In this document: positions 1 to 15,169 of the stretch, in pieces
How the letters are laid out: each line of letters starts with the position of its first letter
How positions within the stretch are numbered: position 1 is the stretch's first letter
NCBI RefSeq assembly: GCF_009914755.1
Contig: NC_060947.1
Length of the DNA stretch: 64,000 nucleotides
Strand: one strand, 5' to 3'
From: the human T2T-CHM13v2.0 reference genome, Homo sapiens
Notes under the pieces: generated by a model
The model's input: only the letters and a program-made list of their open reading frames with translations
The model's database searches: none
Told to the model about the DNA's origin: nothing
Translations under genes and position numbers: made by a program

Positions 1-1099
1 GAACGAACCAGATTAATGAACCAGGACTCAAAAAACATGACTTCTTGAAAAGTCCTAGAATTATTTTATAGATTTTATTACTCTAGTCTAAAAAAAATGG
101 GTATTGCACTTTTAAATTATTTATGCTAGTTGTATTCATTCATTCAAATTATCAGGTCTGTTGAACAATGAGAAACTAGTATGCATGCCTATCTTTCTTC
201 ACTACTAATATTAAAGAGATTTACATGTTCCTATAAGAAATTCCCATTTTTCAACATGAGCCACTAATACGTTTGGTTTTCATTAATGGCATGCTAGAAC
301 TGAACACTAAATTTTGATAATGGTATTTAAAGACAGTGGTTATCCACAAGTTTGGGATGTCAGTGTAACTTAGTTTCGTCATCACTGGATATTTACAAGT
401 GCTCATCATAATTGTGGATCCAGATCACAAGGTCTTACGGACTCTGGTCTCATGTTAGCTTTCAGATGCTTACTAAGTTTTTAATTTTTGACATTTTTTG
501 ATTATTCAGTTTAACTACTGTACCAACAATTTTTGATTCCTTAGGTTTTGAGGGAGGTGTCATTTTAATGTCATTTCAACAGAGGAATGTTTAGACCACA
601 GTACCTAATGATGTTATAAAAAATGGCACTGTTTCCAGAAAATATATACTGATACCTTTTAATAAAAATGAAGCGAATAAAATTTTCTATAAAGATGATA
701 TTTAAACATTTTTTTACCTAAATAAGTAACATTGAGTTTGTCAGACCGAGTGAGCTGGTTTTTACTGGGGAACATTTGACCTGCTTCTTAGTTATTATAT
801 TGCTGATGTCATTGGTTAACTAAGGCAGCCTTGTGATAAGTTTTCAGCAGTTACCTTGGAAAATGTCAACAAGTTCTTTCCTATTAACAAAAACATATAA
901 AATGTCATAGACCTTTAGTAACCTAAAAAGTACTTAGGCTGTGAGAGGTATTTTCTAAAACCTGTTAGTTTTAACCTAAAACTATTAATAATTTATGGAC
1001 CCCTCATATACAGGGTCAAGATAATTTACATGGCTGGCCTAAATACAGTTGTCGTAATAGTTGATAAAGTGTATTCATCAGACGTCCATTTCTCTTCAG

Positions 1100-1270
1100 A
1101 GTTCAAGGCAGCTTGCCTCGAGATTTCATGAACAGTTTATCGTAAGAGAAGATCTGATGGGTCTAGCTATTGGTACTCATGGTGCTAATATTCAGCAAGC
1201 TAGAAAAGTACCTGGGGTCACTGCTATTGATCTAGATGAAGATACCTGCACATTTCATATTTATGGAGAG
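1100..1270 (+). CDS. FMR1: FMR1 exon 8 (KH1 domain)
   Basis: ttcag|AGT...GAG|gtaaat; 171 bp; [57 protein letters not shown] with the GxxG loop (GTHG). Confidence 0.98.
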
Positions 1271-1359
1271 GTAAATATTTTACTGCATAGTTTTTTTTTC
1301 CCCAAACAAGTATTTCAGCTGGCTAATCTTTTGTCTTAAAATGTTTCCCCTTTTATTAG

Positions 1360-1464
<105 letters not shown>

Positions 1465-1579
1465 TAGTACAACAACTAAGTTTAGGTAAACAGTTTATTT
1501 ATAGTGATAGAATTCCATTTTTTCTTACTGGAGGGTATCATTTAATTGAAACATAGTCTTTGAAATATGATCTGTTCTT

Positions 1580-1794
1580 TTTTTTTATTATTTAAGTTTT
1601 AGGGTACATGTGCACAATGTGCAGGTTAGTTACATATGTATACACGTGACATGCTGGTGCGCTGCACCCACTAACTTGTCATCTAGCATTAGGTATATCT
1701 CCCAACGCTATCCCTCCCCCCTCCCCCCACCCCACAACAGTCCCCAGAGTGTGATGTTCCCCTTCCTGTGTCCATGTGTTCTCATTGTTCAATC
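1580..1794 (-). mobile_element. Young 5'-truncated L1 (L1PA2/3-like) 3' end
   Basis: Reverse L1 3' UTR with poly(T); TSD gatctgttctt at 1569-1579 and 1795-1805. Confidence 0.85.
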
Positions 1795-2075
1795 GATCTG
1801 TTCTTACAGCATACAAAAAAATATTTGTTAAGTATGATGCTCAAAGGTTACATTTTCAGAAGGTATTCAAAAGAGATTGCTTTTCTAGTTCAAACCTACT
1901 AATACCTGAAAGGATAAATCTTGCCCAGCCCTCCTGACTGTATACCTTTTATATCTTAAAATTAAATAATTTTTCAAAATGAATGATATTTGGGGACTTT
2001 ATGATTTGAAATAGATTTGTATTTGATCTTTCTTATGGGACTATAAAATGATAGCATTCATTTTAATTATCTCAG

Positions 2076-2215
2076 GGTTGAAGATCTGAACATAGGTTAC
2101 TTAAATCTAAAAAGTTCCAAAGCTAGAAGAAACTTCAGATGTCTCTGGGACTTTCTGCAAAGTCAATAGTAATTCTTCATTTTGACTTGAGTAGTGTTTT
2201 ATCACCATCACCATC
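2076..2215 (+). other. FMR1: FMR1 cryptic 140-nt exon in intron 9 (premature stop)
   Basis: attatctcag|GGTTG...CCATC|gtgagt; exactly 140 bp; after exon 9 it reads G-L-K-I-stop, giving 297 aa; matches my recollection of a reported 140-nt intron-9 exon. Confidence 0.7.
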
Positions 2216-2949
2216 GTGAGTATCAGCAAATATTTAGGAGCTCTTCACCAATACTCCTAAATGCTGCAGATATCTTTAGTAGAACATATCAAAACCAGGT
2301 GCAGTTTTATCAAGAAAGCTACATATGTTTTTAATTTGTAAATAAAATTGGGACATACTGCCTATATGTTTTTTATCTTTTAAACTTGAGATCATGGCCA
2401 TTTTATATAAAGTAATACATGTTCTTTGGAAACTTTAAAGAAGAAAGCAAGGACTTCTCATACATTCTGTTTACGTAGTTTCAATGCTAATTTAGCCTGC
2501 TTTTTTGTCAGCATAGACTCATAAACATCTTCCTTGTCATTAACAAACACTAGAAATGATAAATGTATCTCCCAAAGAAAATTAGCTTGAAGATAAAGTG
2601 CAAATAGTAGGAAAATAATGCAGAAGTGTTAGCTCAACTGTGTACTACAGACAACTGGAGAAATGTGTTTGTAATGTTACTAAGGTAACTTGCATACCAA
2701 TTGTATGTGTACAGAATGTATGCATAGCGCAAGATAAAGTGCTAATCTCAAGACAGTTGGGTGATGAATAATATTTATTTTCTTCTTTACAGCTTGTCAA
2801 GCAATTGCATACCTTTTGTAGTTAGAAAGGTTATTGTAAATTTAGGAATTCTTATGGAAAAAGAGCTGGTAGTTGTTTTGTTTTTTTTTTTTAATAGCAA
2901 ATGAGTAGAGAATTATGTGTCAGATTCATTAAAGTTGGTTTTGAAGATG

Positions 2950-3165
2950 GCATGATGGTAGTGGGGAAAGTGCTTGGGCATTGGAGTTGGATCTGGATTT
3001 CAGTCCTACTTTATTCTTTGGTGGCAATGTGAGCGTGGGTCACTGTCTTAGCCCCCCTGAGAATTATTTTTCTTACCTATCAAATGTGATAATAGGATCC
3101 ACCTCATAGAGTTGATGTGATAATTAAATTGGAAGATATAGTAGGGGACAATTCTGGACACAGTA
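2950..3165 (+). repeat. MIR SINE
   Basis: MIR core-like sequence (ctatcaaatgtgataatag...cctcatagagttgatgtgataattaaa). Confidence 0.6.
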
Positions 3166-5178
3166 GGGGACTCTGTTCTTCACCTTATTCAAAACAACTC
3201 CATTTCAGTAGAACAGAATCACAGTAAATTGCTCTTTGGGATTTGGAAATAAGTGTAATGTAGAATTGGATTATTTGCTATTAAATATTAAAAGTAGATT
3301 CTACCTGTGGTTACCTGGAAAGAAGAGGATCTCAGAAATAACCAGAAAGACTGCTAAAAGTAAATCAGCCTTGTTTTTGTTTTGTTGTTTCTAGTTAGTA
3401 AAATGAGATAATTCTGTTTTAGAGATGGTCCACTGCAACACTGGGAACGTTGGAACTTTTCAGAAAGCATTTTTGTGTAAGATTCTGCAAGGCAGATCTT
3501 TAGAGAGGTGTCATAATCAGTTTTGCATGTGTTTTGTTTGAGTCAACCAACGTTATTTGTGATCTCTATTTTTCACAAACTCTCTTTGGTATGTGCACTA
3601 ATTTATCTTTTCATTAAAATTGGATTCTTCACTCACTAAGAATGAATTGGTATGACTATTCAGTCAGCTATAGTTAACACACAGTACTTAGGATAATTAA
3701 GATATTATCTTAATAAAAACATCCCCAAATCTCATTTTTCATTTTGTTAACTCACTTAGATCTTTATTAAAGTCAACATTAATTCATGAAAATGTAAGTG
3801 TTGCAGTTTAAAATCAAACTGTGTGAAGACTCCAAGTAGCTTCTCTCACCTCACCTTTCCCCTTTTCGTTATAGAAGAACAGAAATAATTGACAGAAGGA
3901 CCTAGACCAAGAATCCTGATTTAATGGTGTCAGATCTGTTCTATGACCAGTCAAAGAGTTTCTAGGGGTGAATGAGGCAGCCACACACAGCAAGAATGTC
4001 AAAGCTATGCTCTGATTACAAGAGCCACAAGAATTTTTTGTGAGAAGGCTTTTCACTGAGTTCTTATCTAGCATTGGCTCAAAGCAAATTTTTGCTTCCA
4101 TCTTTTCCCCCAACTTTGCCTTGAGCTTTGCCTTTAAAGGCGAAAAGGAAAAAATGGAAGATGAGATGGTGAGGGCAAGCACATGGTGGATGTGGCCAAT
4201 GTAAGGGTACTTAGGTACCTTGGGTGAGCCCTCAGAATCAGATGTAGTTCACATGTACATTTCCAGAATTAGTAATTCTTAAGTTTGTAATGTCTTGCTT
4301 TACCACTCGTGTCATGATGCAAATGAAAGCAGTCATTTTCCAGTAATGTATATGATTGTAAAATAAATAAGGAAATGATCAAGTACCTATTTTTTACTGG
4401 TACTTGAAATCCCAAGTTTTAATAGATGTTACTGAAAAATACTTAAACTGGTTTAAAGCTTTTTCATTGTGGTTTTGAGTTATCTTAAAGTGGGTTTTCT
4501 TAATCTTTTACTCTGTGACTAATCCCTTCACTTTTTAATACATTGCTAAAGTTTGTAAGTAATGCACAGGAGTGATACTCTGTTAACACATTGACCTTGA
4601 AGAATTTGTATTCCTTTTGGATGTATGTATAGCTGCTTAAGCCACTTTCAGACTTAGATTATCTTTTATAAATGTGCCTTCCATACAGAATTCTGAAAAT
4701 ATTTACCATGGACAAAGAAGCAGATTTAAATCAGGTACAGACAAGAATTGAAAGTGTTGAATAAGTGAATATATTTCCCATTCTCTCTACTTTTTTCTTA
4801 ATTCTTATAGAACTTTGCAGAAAGAATGATACATACCACAGTACCAGCAAGTTTAAAGCGTACCCTTTTGTGCAAAAATAAGAGGTTATCTTTGAACTGC
4901 CTTAAAAATCCAAAATTACCCTATCAGTTTGCAAGTATTAATCAACTCTGGTACCTGACCAAAGGAGTTTAAACAATGATGTCCTAATTAAACAGAAAAC
5001 CAGATTAACCATCTTGTTGAAAAGAGTCTCTACTTTGGTTTTGAAATCTTACAATTCAATACATACACATACACATAAAAATATCTATCTATATGAATGT
5101 AATAGTTTACAGTAGGGCTGTGCTTACTGCTTTGAGGTATGTGTTTTTAAAACCAAACTTGATTTATTTATTTCTTAG

Positions 5179-5288
5179 GCAAAGTAATAGGAAAAAATGG
5201 AAAGCTGATTCAGGAGATTGTGGACAAGTCAGGAGTTGTGAGGGTGAGGATTGAGGCTGAAAATGAGAAAAATGTTCCACAAGAAGAG
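5179..5288 (+). CDS. FMR1: FMR1 exon 10 (KH2, includes Ile304)
   Basis: ttcttag|GC...GAG|gtatgt; 110 bp; [37 protein letters not shown]; I304 codon ATT at 5208-5210. Confidence 0.98.
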
Positions 5289-5439
5289 GTATGTTACAGT
5301 GCGAATATTTTGTGGCACATATAATAAAAGTAAAAGTTTTTTATGTGATATGTTGAGGACCTCTAATATGTGCATAAAGTGAATGCAAATATTCTGATTA
5401 TCAAGCATGCCTGCTGTAATTAATGTTATAATTGTAGAT

Positions 5440-5630
5440 AATGGCCCTTCTCTGTCCTCTAATGCAGTGAGTTTGGATTAGTCACTTTATTGAATTCTTT
5501 TTTCCTGATCTTTAAAATGGGTAGTTATAAATTTTTAAATATGAGACATACATCACTGGGTCGAGTGTTAATGGCAATTTAATAAAATAATATATATGTA
5601 AATGCTTCGTAAAGCACTTTGTAAATGTTA
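5440..5630 (+). repeat. MIR SINE
   Basis: tttcctgatctttaaaatgggtag...aaagcactttgtaaatgtt. Confidence 0.5.
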
Positions 5631-6062
5631 ATGTTGCTGACAAAAGCAAAATTGGAACACAGGTTTTCTGGCTTTCATCTTTTCACTTTTTTAGTTTGGG
5701 GATTGTGTAGTATGTGTGTTTATTCTGTGTGCTTTAAATTTATTTCTGTGCTTAATATCTCTTCCCCATCCTCCTTACCTTTAAATTCTGTAACCCTTTT
5801 ATCTTCATAAATATATGCTTTTTGTAGCAGCTTTTAAAGTATTTGCATGGGGTAGAGAGGTGAGGATGCACCTTTCTGTGCAATAGTACTCTTAAGATAC
5901 TGTCTCATCAAAGAGCCGTAATTTTCACATATTGTCTAGCTTTCTTTTTGAAAGATTCTTTTAGCTAAAGTTAAATCTTTTTTTTCTGCGTACAATTTGT
6001 ATTCGGTAATTTTATAAACCAAAACTGTTTATAATAACTTACATTTTTTAAAAATATGATGA

Positions 6063-6311
<249 letters not shown>

Positions 6312-6773
6312 TAATTTGTCTCAGATGTCACAATTGGTATTTTGGATGTTTTCTCTGGTTAGACTTGTAGGCTACTTATGTTCTATTTTTTTTCCAAATG
6401 TAATTGCCAGCTTATGAGATACTACAAATTAGTGTGATACATACTTTTCAATTTATTCACAGTAACAACTCTTATGCCATAAACACAAAATAATGGGGTT
6501 GCATTTAGTGGTCACATTTTTCTTTTGACAGTGGACTCTCTTTTTTCCATGCCTTCTCTCTTTAAATTTTGCAGGTATCGTAGCTCAAAATACACCTTCT
6601 GTTAGTTGCATTAGTTACTACTTGAACCATATTTTAGAAACTAATTTTCTCTGTTTGAACTAATCTGTTTAGAAATGGGTTTAAAAGTCCTGCAGTGAAA
6701 GTCCTGCGTTCAGGCTTCTGTGTATCGTTTGTTATAGTTAATGACATCCCTTGCATTCCTTATACTGCTTTAG

Positions 6774-6836
6774 GTGTTAGTGGCTTCATCAGTTGTAGCA
6801 GGGGAATCCCAGAAACCTGAACTCAAGGCTTGGCAG
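6774..6836 (+). CDS. FMR1: FMR1 exon 12 (cassette exon)
   Basis: ctttag|GTG...CAG|gtagga; 63 bp; VLVASSVVAGESQKPELKAWQ. Confidence 0.96.
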
Positions 6837-6999
6837 GTAGGAAAACATTCCTTGAGAAATACACTTTCAGTTTATATTTTAATGTTTATTCCCCTTGTTA
6901 ACAAAGATTACAAATGATCCTCAGGATTAGGGACTGGAGGGAGGAGTGTTTGTGGGTATGTGGATCCATTGCCCTGGAGTTAAAGCTTAAACACCTTCA

Positions 7000-7390
7000 T
7001 GCCGCTTGTAAGGCTTTTCCTAATTACTTGTCTAGTTATCATCTTTAAATTATCTTCTCCCTTGCACTCTAGAGAACCTTAAGCCATACTGAAGTACTTT
7101 GAGTTCTCTGAACATTCTCGTGCTTATTTTGCTTCTAGACATATGTACAGGTTTACTCTGCCTGGAATGCTTTTTCTCCTCCACATGTCACCTCATTTTG
7201 ACCTTATTCCTTACAAAGCTTTCCTTGTGTACTTGCCGAAGATCCCCACCCCCTTGACTGGTTCAAGAGCCTTCCCCTTCTGTTTTGCAATGTGCTCACC
7301 CCTAGCATAGCACTTAAACATAGATGTTTATTTGTTGATCTCCTCAACCACATTGTAAGTTCTTTGAGGGCAGGGAGAGCTGGTGAGAAC
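7000..7390. repeat. L2 LINE fragment
   Basis: ctctgcctggaatgcttttt...ttgtaagttctttgagggcaggga typical of L2. Confidence 0.6.
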
Positions 7391-8289
7391 TGTTTATGGA
7401 AAAAAATGTTGTGGACTCATGGATTAAAAGCAAAGGTGCCATTTTACAAAGAGGACTATAACGGCAAGTGGATTGGATATGTCTCATTGCCGGGCAGCCC
7501 ATTATTCCAGAACACAGAGTAACTTTTTTCTGGGGTCCGTACTAAAGGCCATCATTCCATTCTTGCCTTTCTTCATTTTAATTTACTATTCAGGTCTACT
7601 CGTGAAGTGCTTAAATTAGAGTGGCCCTTGGGGTACTCCAGCAGTTTAGACATGTTGCAAGAAAAGATATTCGTAAATAATTTGCTCCGAAGTCAATCTA
7701 ACTAAATCTGTTACATAGGATTTTAAAGCTATTTTGGTGATATTTGACCCAGAGGGAAGGGTGTAGCATTCATTCCATCACATGGTATTTTGGGAAATAA
7801 TACAGTTAAAGGCTTTTGTAACAAATAAAGCTTGTTGGAGAAAAACCCAACATGCAGAAATGAATTGCCAGTTATTAATTTGCACAATTGTTTCTAGGTT
7901 TCCCTATAACTTGTGACAAGAAGTAGTTGTTTTTTTTTTCCCTCTTAATATATATATATATGGGCTAGGAGTACAGACATTTAGCATATGCCTTTTAAAA
8001 ATCTGTTCTTATGTTAAGTAGTGTCCATAGAGAGAAGTTCAAACTTTCCTTGTGATTCAGCCTTTTAAAATTTTCAGAGTACATTATTGAAATGTGTATG
8101 GGCTTGATAAAACTTAATGCTTGTCAATGTACCTATTTTTTTGTCTCACAGATTATTCAGTGCATTTTTATCCTGATGTTTTTGTTTGTATTTTGTGTGT
8201 ACTCTATTTACTTGGTTAGCAGAAATGATTTACTTTTTACTTTTGTACCCTTGGTATTTCATTTTGATTTTTTTTTTAAGAATTTGATC

Positions 8290-8595
8290 GGCCAGGCGCG
8301 ATGGCTCATGCCTGTAGTCCCGACACTTTGGGAGGCCAAGGCAGGCAGATCGCCTGAGCCCAGGAATTCGAGACCAGCCTGGGCAATGTGGCGAAACCCC
8401 GTCTCTACAGAAAGTACAAAAATTAGCTGGGTATGATGGCATGCACGTGTAGTCCCAGCTATCCAGGAGGCTGAGGTGGGAGGAACACCTAGGGCCTGGG
8501 GAGGTCGAGGCTACAGCGAGCCATTATCATGCCACTGCACTCCAGCCTGGATAACAGAATAAAAAGACCCTGTCTCAAAAAAAAAAAAAAAAAAA
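8290..8595 (+). mobile_element. Old Alu (AluJ-like)
   Basis: Diverged full dimer starting ggccaggcgcg; outer TSD-like aatttgatc / attttgatc at 8281-8289 and 8881-8889. Confidence 0.9.
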
Positions 8596-9017
<422 letters not shown>

Positions 9018-9205
9018 TTATAATAATCTGATACGTTTAAAAGGTTGCTATTGATCTATTCGTATTCACAGTAGATGTGTAAAGTAGTATATCAACTACT
9101 TTTGTTTTCATATATTGATTTATATTTACAGCAAACATTTGTATACCTGCTGTTCACCAGATCCTGTGCTAGGGAATTAGTCGTTATTTGCATTTTTCAG
9201 ATTAA

Positions 9206-9547
<342 letters not shown>

Positions 9548-9889
9548 TAAAATTTTATACTTCCCTTTATTCTTCTCTTAAACCCTTACACTCAGTTTAG
9601 GCAATCCTGTACATAGCCTGTTAATCCATTTGATCCTTTCTAGCATTTTGGTTTTTTCCAGACAAAAATCTGTGTCTATAACTCTTGCCTTTATTGTTCC
9701 TTTTATGTCATTTATCAAGGAAATCTAAGCATTTCATGAAGTTCTTTGTTTAAATGTTTACCCTATTTTTCTCTTTACTGTTATTCAAAATACAAACTAT
9801 TTGTGTCTTCTCATAAATGTTCAGTTTAGTTAGTGTGATGCGGTTATGCCTCCTTAAAATTTCAAACTGGAAGATAGGAACGAGGAGGC

Positions 9890-10040
9890 TACAAGGTGTA
9901 GTGGAGCAAGCACTGGATGGGCAATGCAGCAATTTACTTATAAGACTTCAGCAAATGAACTAGCTGTGTGACTTTAGGCAAGTCACTTCCCTACACTAGA
10001 TGCTTCTTGAAATTCCTTTTGGCCAAAATGTTCTATACTT
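9890..10040 (+). repeat. MIR SINE
   Basis: actagctgtgtgactttaggcaagtcactt core. Confidence 0.6.
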
Positions 10041-11801
10041 TAATGAAATGGAAACTGATCTACTTCATTTTCATAATGTTTTATTTGTATCCATACATAT
10101 CAAAATTATAATGTAGCTGGTATTAAATGTTTTTAAAAAGCATTTCAACTCTATTTATGGCATTAAGAATTTTTTTGCTGATTTCTTGAAAGAAATAAAA
10201 AGTACATGATTTCTGCTTGTGTGTAAATAAGAATGAAAGGAAGAAAAAGTGTAATACTGGGCATGCCATTCATTCTTATGGTGGCCAGTTAATTAAAAGT
10301 GGAAAGGTTTCATCCAGCAAGGTTTACATGGGTAGGATACCTCTTTGATTTTTTTTTAAGTATGTTTATGTGTAATCTTTTGTGTGTGTTTCTTCGTAAT
10401 TAGCTTAAATCATCATGAAGGCCTGGAGAGTTAGGATTGCATTGTATCAAATCCCTTGTTCTTTTGACTAATGTTCTTTCTTAGATCCTTTGATTTATTC
10501 TCAAGAATATCTTCTTTGGTTATCAGCAGCTGCCCTGTTGCCATTCTTTCCATCACCAGAACTTCCCTCGTTTGGGCCTGGCATCTCTCACCAAAAGGTG
10601 ACTGCTTTGCCCCAGTGGGATAACCTGGACTACTCTTCTGTTTTGCAAGATATTCCTATTCCATGAGCTATTACTATACCTTTGGAGGAAGTCACTCACT
10701 CAGCTGCAGTCTCTCCTTTGCTCAAATTCTATGTAAAACAGATTCTGGTGTAACTATGTAAATTGCTAATGATGGCAGAGCACAGATGAAACGGACCAAA
10801 TCCTTACCTGACCTTTCTTTTCCAGAAGCTGCCACAACCAAGATTTTAGAAACTTAGCTTTACAGGAGCTTCTCCAATGACTGTTCATGTAGACAGTCTC
10901 TATGATAACCTCTGCTTCACTGAGACGCCTACTACTACTATAGTTATGAATCTGATTCCCCGTAGCCAGTAAATGAGATGTTTATGAGTGGATTGGAAGG
11001 ACAGTGGTTAGAAATGAGGTTTCATCTGGTTTTAACAGAACCCAACATACTGGAAGTGCTTTTTGTAAGGGTCTGTCATTGGACCCCAGGTGTATATTTC
11101 TATCAACTAAATGTATACTGTTTCTCGTACTTGTTGTAGCAGAGTTGTAGTCTTTAGGAAGTTTTCAAGGCATGATGTAAGACCTAGCTGTCTGGTCAGC
11201 TATTAAATAGTTTTGTTTTCCCCTCATGAGGAATAGTCAGCATTTTCAGTTGATGAAAAAATCATTGTTCCTTAACCATAGTATATGTTCTTTTAAAACA
11301 AAAGATGGCCCAAACTCAATGCTTTGTAAATTAAGATATTAACTGGCAAATCTATTTTAATCAAGATTATTTACAATGTGTGATTTTTAAGGTTAGCTGG
11401 TTATACCTTGAATGTCATTTATCTATATTCATACATTTTAGCATGTTTTATTTAATATCCTATCATGAAGAAGTCCCCAAAATAGCATATCTGTGCCTTA
11501 GCAGTAGAATAATTGGATAATAGTGCCAAATTAGACAACTTTAAATTTTATTCAGTATAATTTTACTGCTGAGTGTTTTTGTTATATCTCTAATTCTTGA
11601 CATCAATAATCTGTTATCTGTAGTAATTTTCTTTTTAAGGAGATCATTCAATTTCCTGATAATTCTGTGTAACAGTGTTTACTGTAAATTTAGAACTGAA
11701 ATTGAAATTTTCCAGTATATTTTTATCTGATGAAAAGGAGAAAGGTTTTATTAAGTAAAATGTCAAATTATTTTTACTGTTATCTTGTATATTTTAAATA
11801 G

Positions 11802-12005
<204 letters not shown>

Positions 12006-12706
12006 TAAGCATTTTACTCAGTAACTTTATCTGTTCCTAGACTTATAGCTGCTAATCTCTAATATTCATTAGAACCCCATTATAACAATTTGCCGCTACA
12101 TGGTTTCCAATTCACAGTGGGTTAAATTGTGTTACAGGAGACATAGAGTAAAAACCTGATGATAAACACGTAGAGTTCACAGGGCCGGTGCAAGTTCTGT
12201 TCATGCTCTGATTGGGGGTAAATCTGCAAAGCCCTTGTGTGTTGATGATTTTCTTAAGGCCTCTCCTGATTTTATAACTGTATAGTCAAAACTTTTTTCA
12301 TTTGTGTACTGTGGCTCATTTTTATTTTGTCAGGTATGTGCTGGTCATACTTGCTGGATGGACTGTGTAAATCAGGGGTCTGCCTCTTGTGGCTCATAAG
12401 GTGATTTTGAGTGACATGGCCAAAGTCAGCCCTAGGCACAGTCAAGAAGTAGGCGAAGTTTCTCTTTGCCTTCCCAGCTTTTCTGTCCGTGCTTCTTTCT
12501 TCTCTCCCAGTACCTTTCAGTGAACCTGATCCCCACCTGCCAGTGCCTACTGTCTTTCTTGCTCAACAGTGTATCTCCTTTGTAACTTGCTAATGATGGT
12601 ATAAGGTATAATCCATTTCACGCATATTTGCATTTCAAAAAGGAACTCTTTAAGATGGAAAAGCCTTCAAGATCCACAGGAATGAAGCTATAATGGTGAA
12701 GCTATA

Positions 12707-12737
12707 ATTGGTCATTAGCTCCAACAGAGGAAGAGAG
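12707..12737 (+). repeat. Perfect 31-bp direct copy of exon 15 sequence (13602-13632)
   Basis: attggtcattagctccaacagaggaagagag is identical at both positions. Confidence 0.95.
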
Positions 12738-13528
12738 AGGTAGTAGAGCTGATATTCTGGAGTTGGGGAGAGTTACCTACTCCTAAGGCCAACCTTGAAC
12801 CTAACCCCTAACCCCTCTCCCAACAGTCTGTTCTTTTTACTCATGAATTTCTGCCTCACCGTGGAGCTCTTTTTCTCCGCTCCTGTCCTCTAAGTCGTTA
12901 ACCCCTTCAGGCATAATGAATTTATTATAGTAATTCTTTATTAATGATCAATTATTGTAATGGGAGTGGGAGGGCAGGTTGTGGACCAAACATCAGGCAA
13001 GCATGTATCTGCCTTCAGCTAGATCCAATCCATGACCCACAAGAGACCCTTCCCTGAAGCAGTTGCCATGGTGGCCTCCTTTGCCACCCTCTCAGAAATG
13101 ACCAAAATATATACATTCCCCTCTGTCCTGGGCCAAATCTTGCTAAAAGGAGCTCTCTTTTTAGAGGTTTTGTTTATCAGGGTATCACACTTAACTGTCG
13201 TGGATAATCTTTTCCTCCAGAGAGTATAGATGTTTAAAGGAACACAGCTATTTAATGATATGGCACATCAAGGTTTGAACTTAGGTGGCTAATAACATAC
13301 CTTTTTAAAAATGAGAATGAAACATGTTTATAACCAAAATTAACCTCAAATATTGCAAAGCCCTTCATTTTGAGTTTAAAATTTTGTTTTATGAAATGGA
13401 AAGTGATAATACTCTTTGTGGGCTTATAAATTGGGAAGAGTTTTGGATTACCCCTGAAACGTCTCTGGAAGCTTCTGTTAACCTCTTTTTTTTTTTTTTA
13501 AAGTCAGACAATGGTATATAACTTTTAA

Positions 13529-13750
<222 letters not shown>

Positions 13751-14203
13751 TGAATTGTAACAGCTGTCTTGAAGTTCCATGAGAAATCCTATTGATGCAA
13801 TGAACTGTTACCAAGATCCCATCTCTCCCGTTTTGTGCTGATACCATAGGAAAGGATCAGCCTTCCACTTGTGTAGAAAGAAAGAATATTAGGCAGCCTT
13901 CCTTATGGTTCATACAGATATATGAATAAATGCTGATAACTAATTCAGCATCTTGGTGGGTCTAAACAGCATCCCTTCATTAACTCACATTGACCTGTAG
14001 ATGCAGAATTATAATAACTGTGAAATATTTTCTGTTACTTAGCAGCAGGCTAGATTATTAGCCATTGTGTAACTGGAATCACTGGGGTATTGATTACATT
14101 TCAGATTCTGTGGTTGGTTTAAATAGAGGGTGTGGGAATAAAGAACTTCCAGTAAGCATTTCAGAATCAGTAACTGTTGAACCTTTTGAAAATATTCTCA
14201 TAG

Positions 14204-14286
14204 GAAACGACGATCACTCCCGAACAGATAATCGTCCACGTAATCCAAGAGAGGCTAAAGGAAGAACAACAGATGGATCCCTTCAG
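14204..14286 (+). CDS. FMR1: FMR1 exon 16
   Basis: ctcatag|GA...CAG|gtaaaa; 83 bp; [27 protein letters not shown]. Confidence 0.98.
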
Positions 14287-14481
14287 GTAAAACCTGTCTG
14301 CCTCTTTTCATCTTAATTGTTTGAATATGGTAGTTTGAGATTTATGAGTTTATTTTACTTTATTAAAAACATGTTCAAAGATTACAAATCCAGTTTATGT
14401 GAAATATTTTACCTTCAACATTACAATTGTAGTCAATCTTAGTTCTTTGTGACAAGTATACAAATAAGAGGATTTCTCTAG

Positions 14482-14846
<365 letters not shown>

Positions 14847-15169
14847 ACACTATGATTTTAATACCACATTGGTAGACCTGCAATCCCCCAGAGAAGGAAC
14901 ATCCTGGGATGTACTTAGAGACCTCAGTAAACCTTATGTGTCTTTGCTCCCCCAAATTAACAGGGATAGGGTATTCTCTTTGAATAGAAAATAAGGAAAA
15001 GAAGGTGTCTGTCTTACAACTAATAATCATGATAGACAGAGCTGATGATATTCAGCTAGTCTCCATGCTTGGTCAGTCATCTGCTTATTTACAGCCAGGA
15101 CCTAGTCCGAGGATCTCTTCTCAATTGGCTGTCACCAGTGCTAAACCAATTGTTAAATAATTTTAAAAT

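Noticed and set aside
1-1099. Fragile X CGG repeat or FMR1 promoter
   Set aside because: Not present; the window starts in intron 7 and contains no CGG array.
3814-4182. 122-aa minus-strand ORF in intron 9
   Set aside because: No recognisable motif or homology and no supporting gene structure; likely a chance ORF.
12800-12815. Telomere-like cctaacccctaaccc
   Set aside because: Only about two imperfect units, which is expected by chance.
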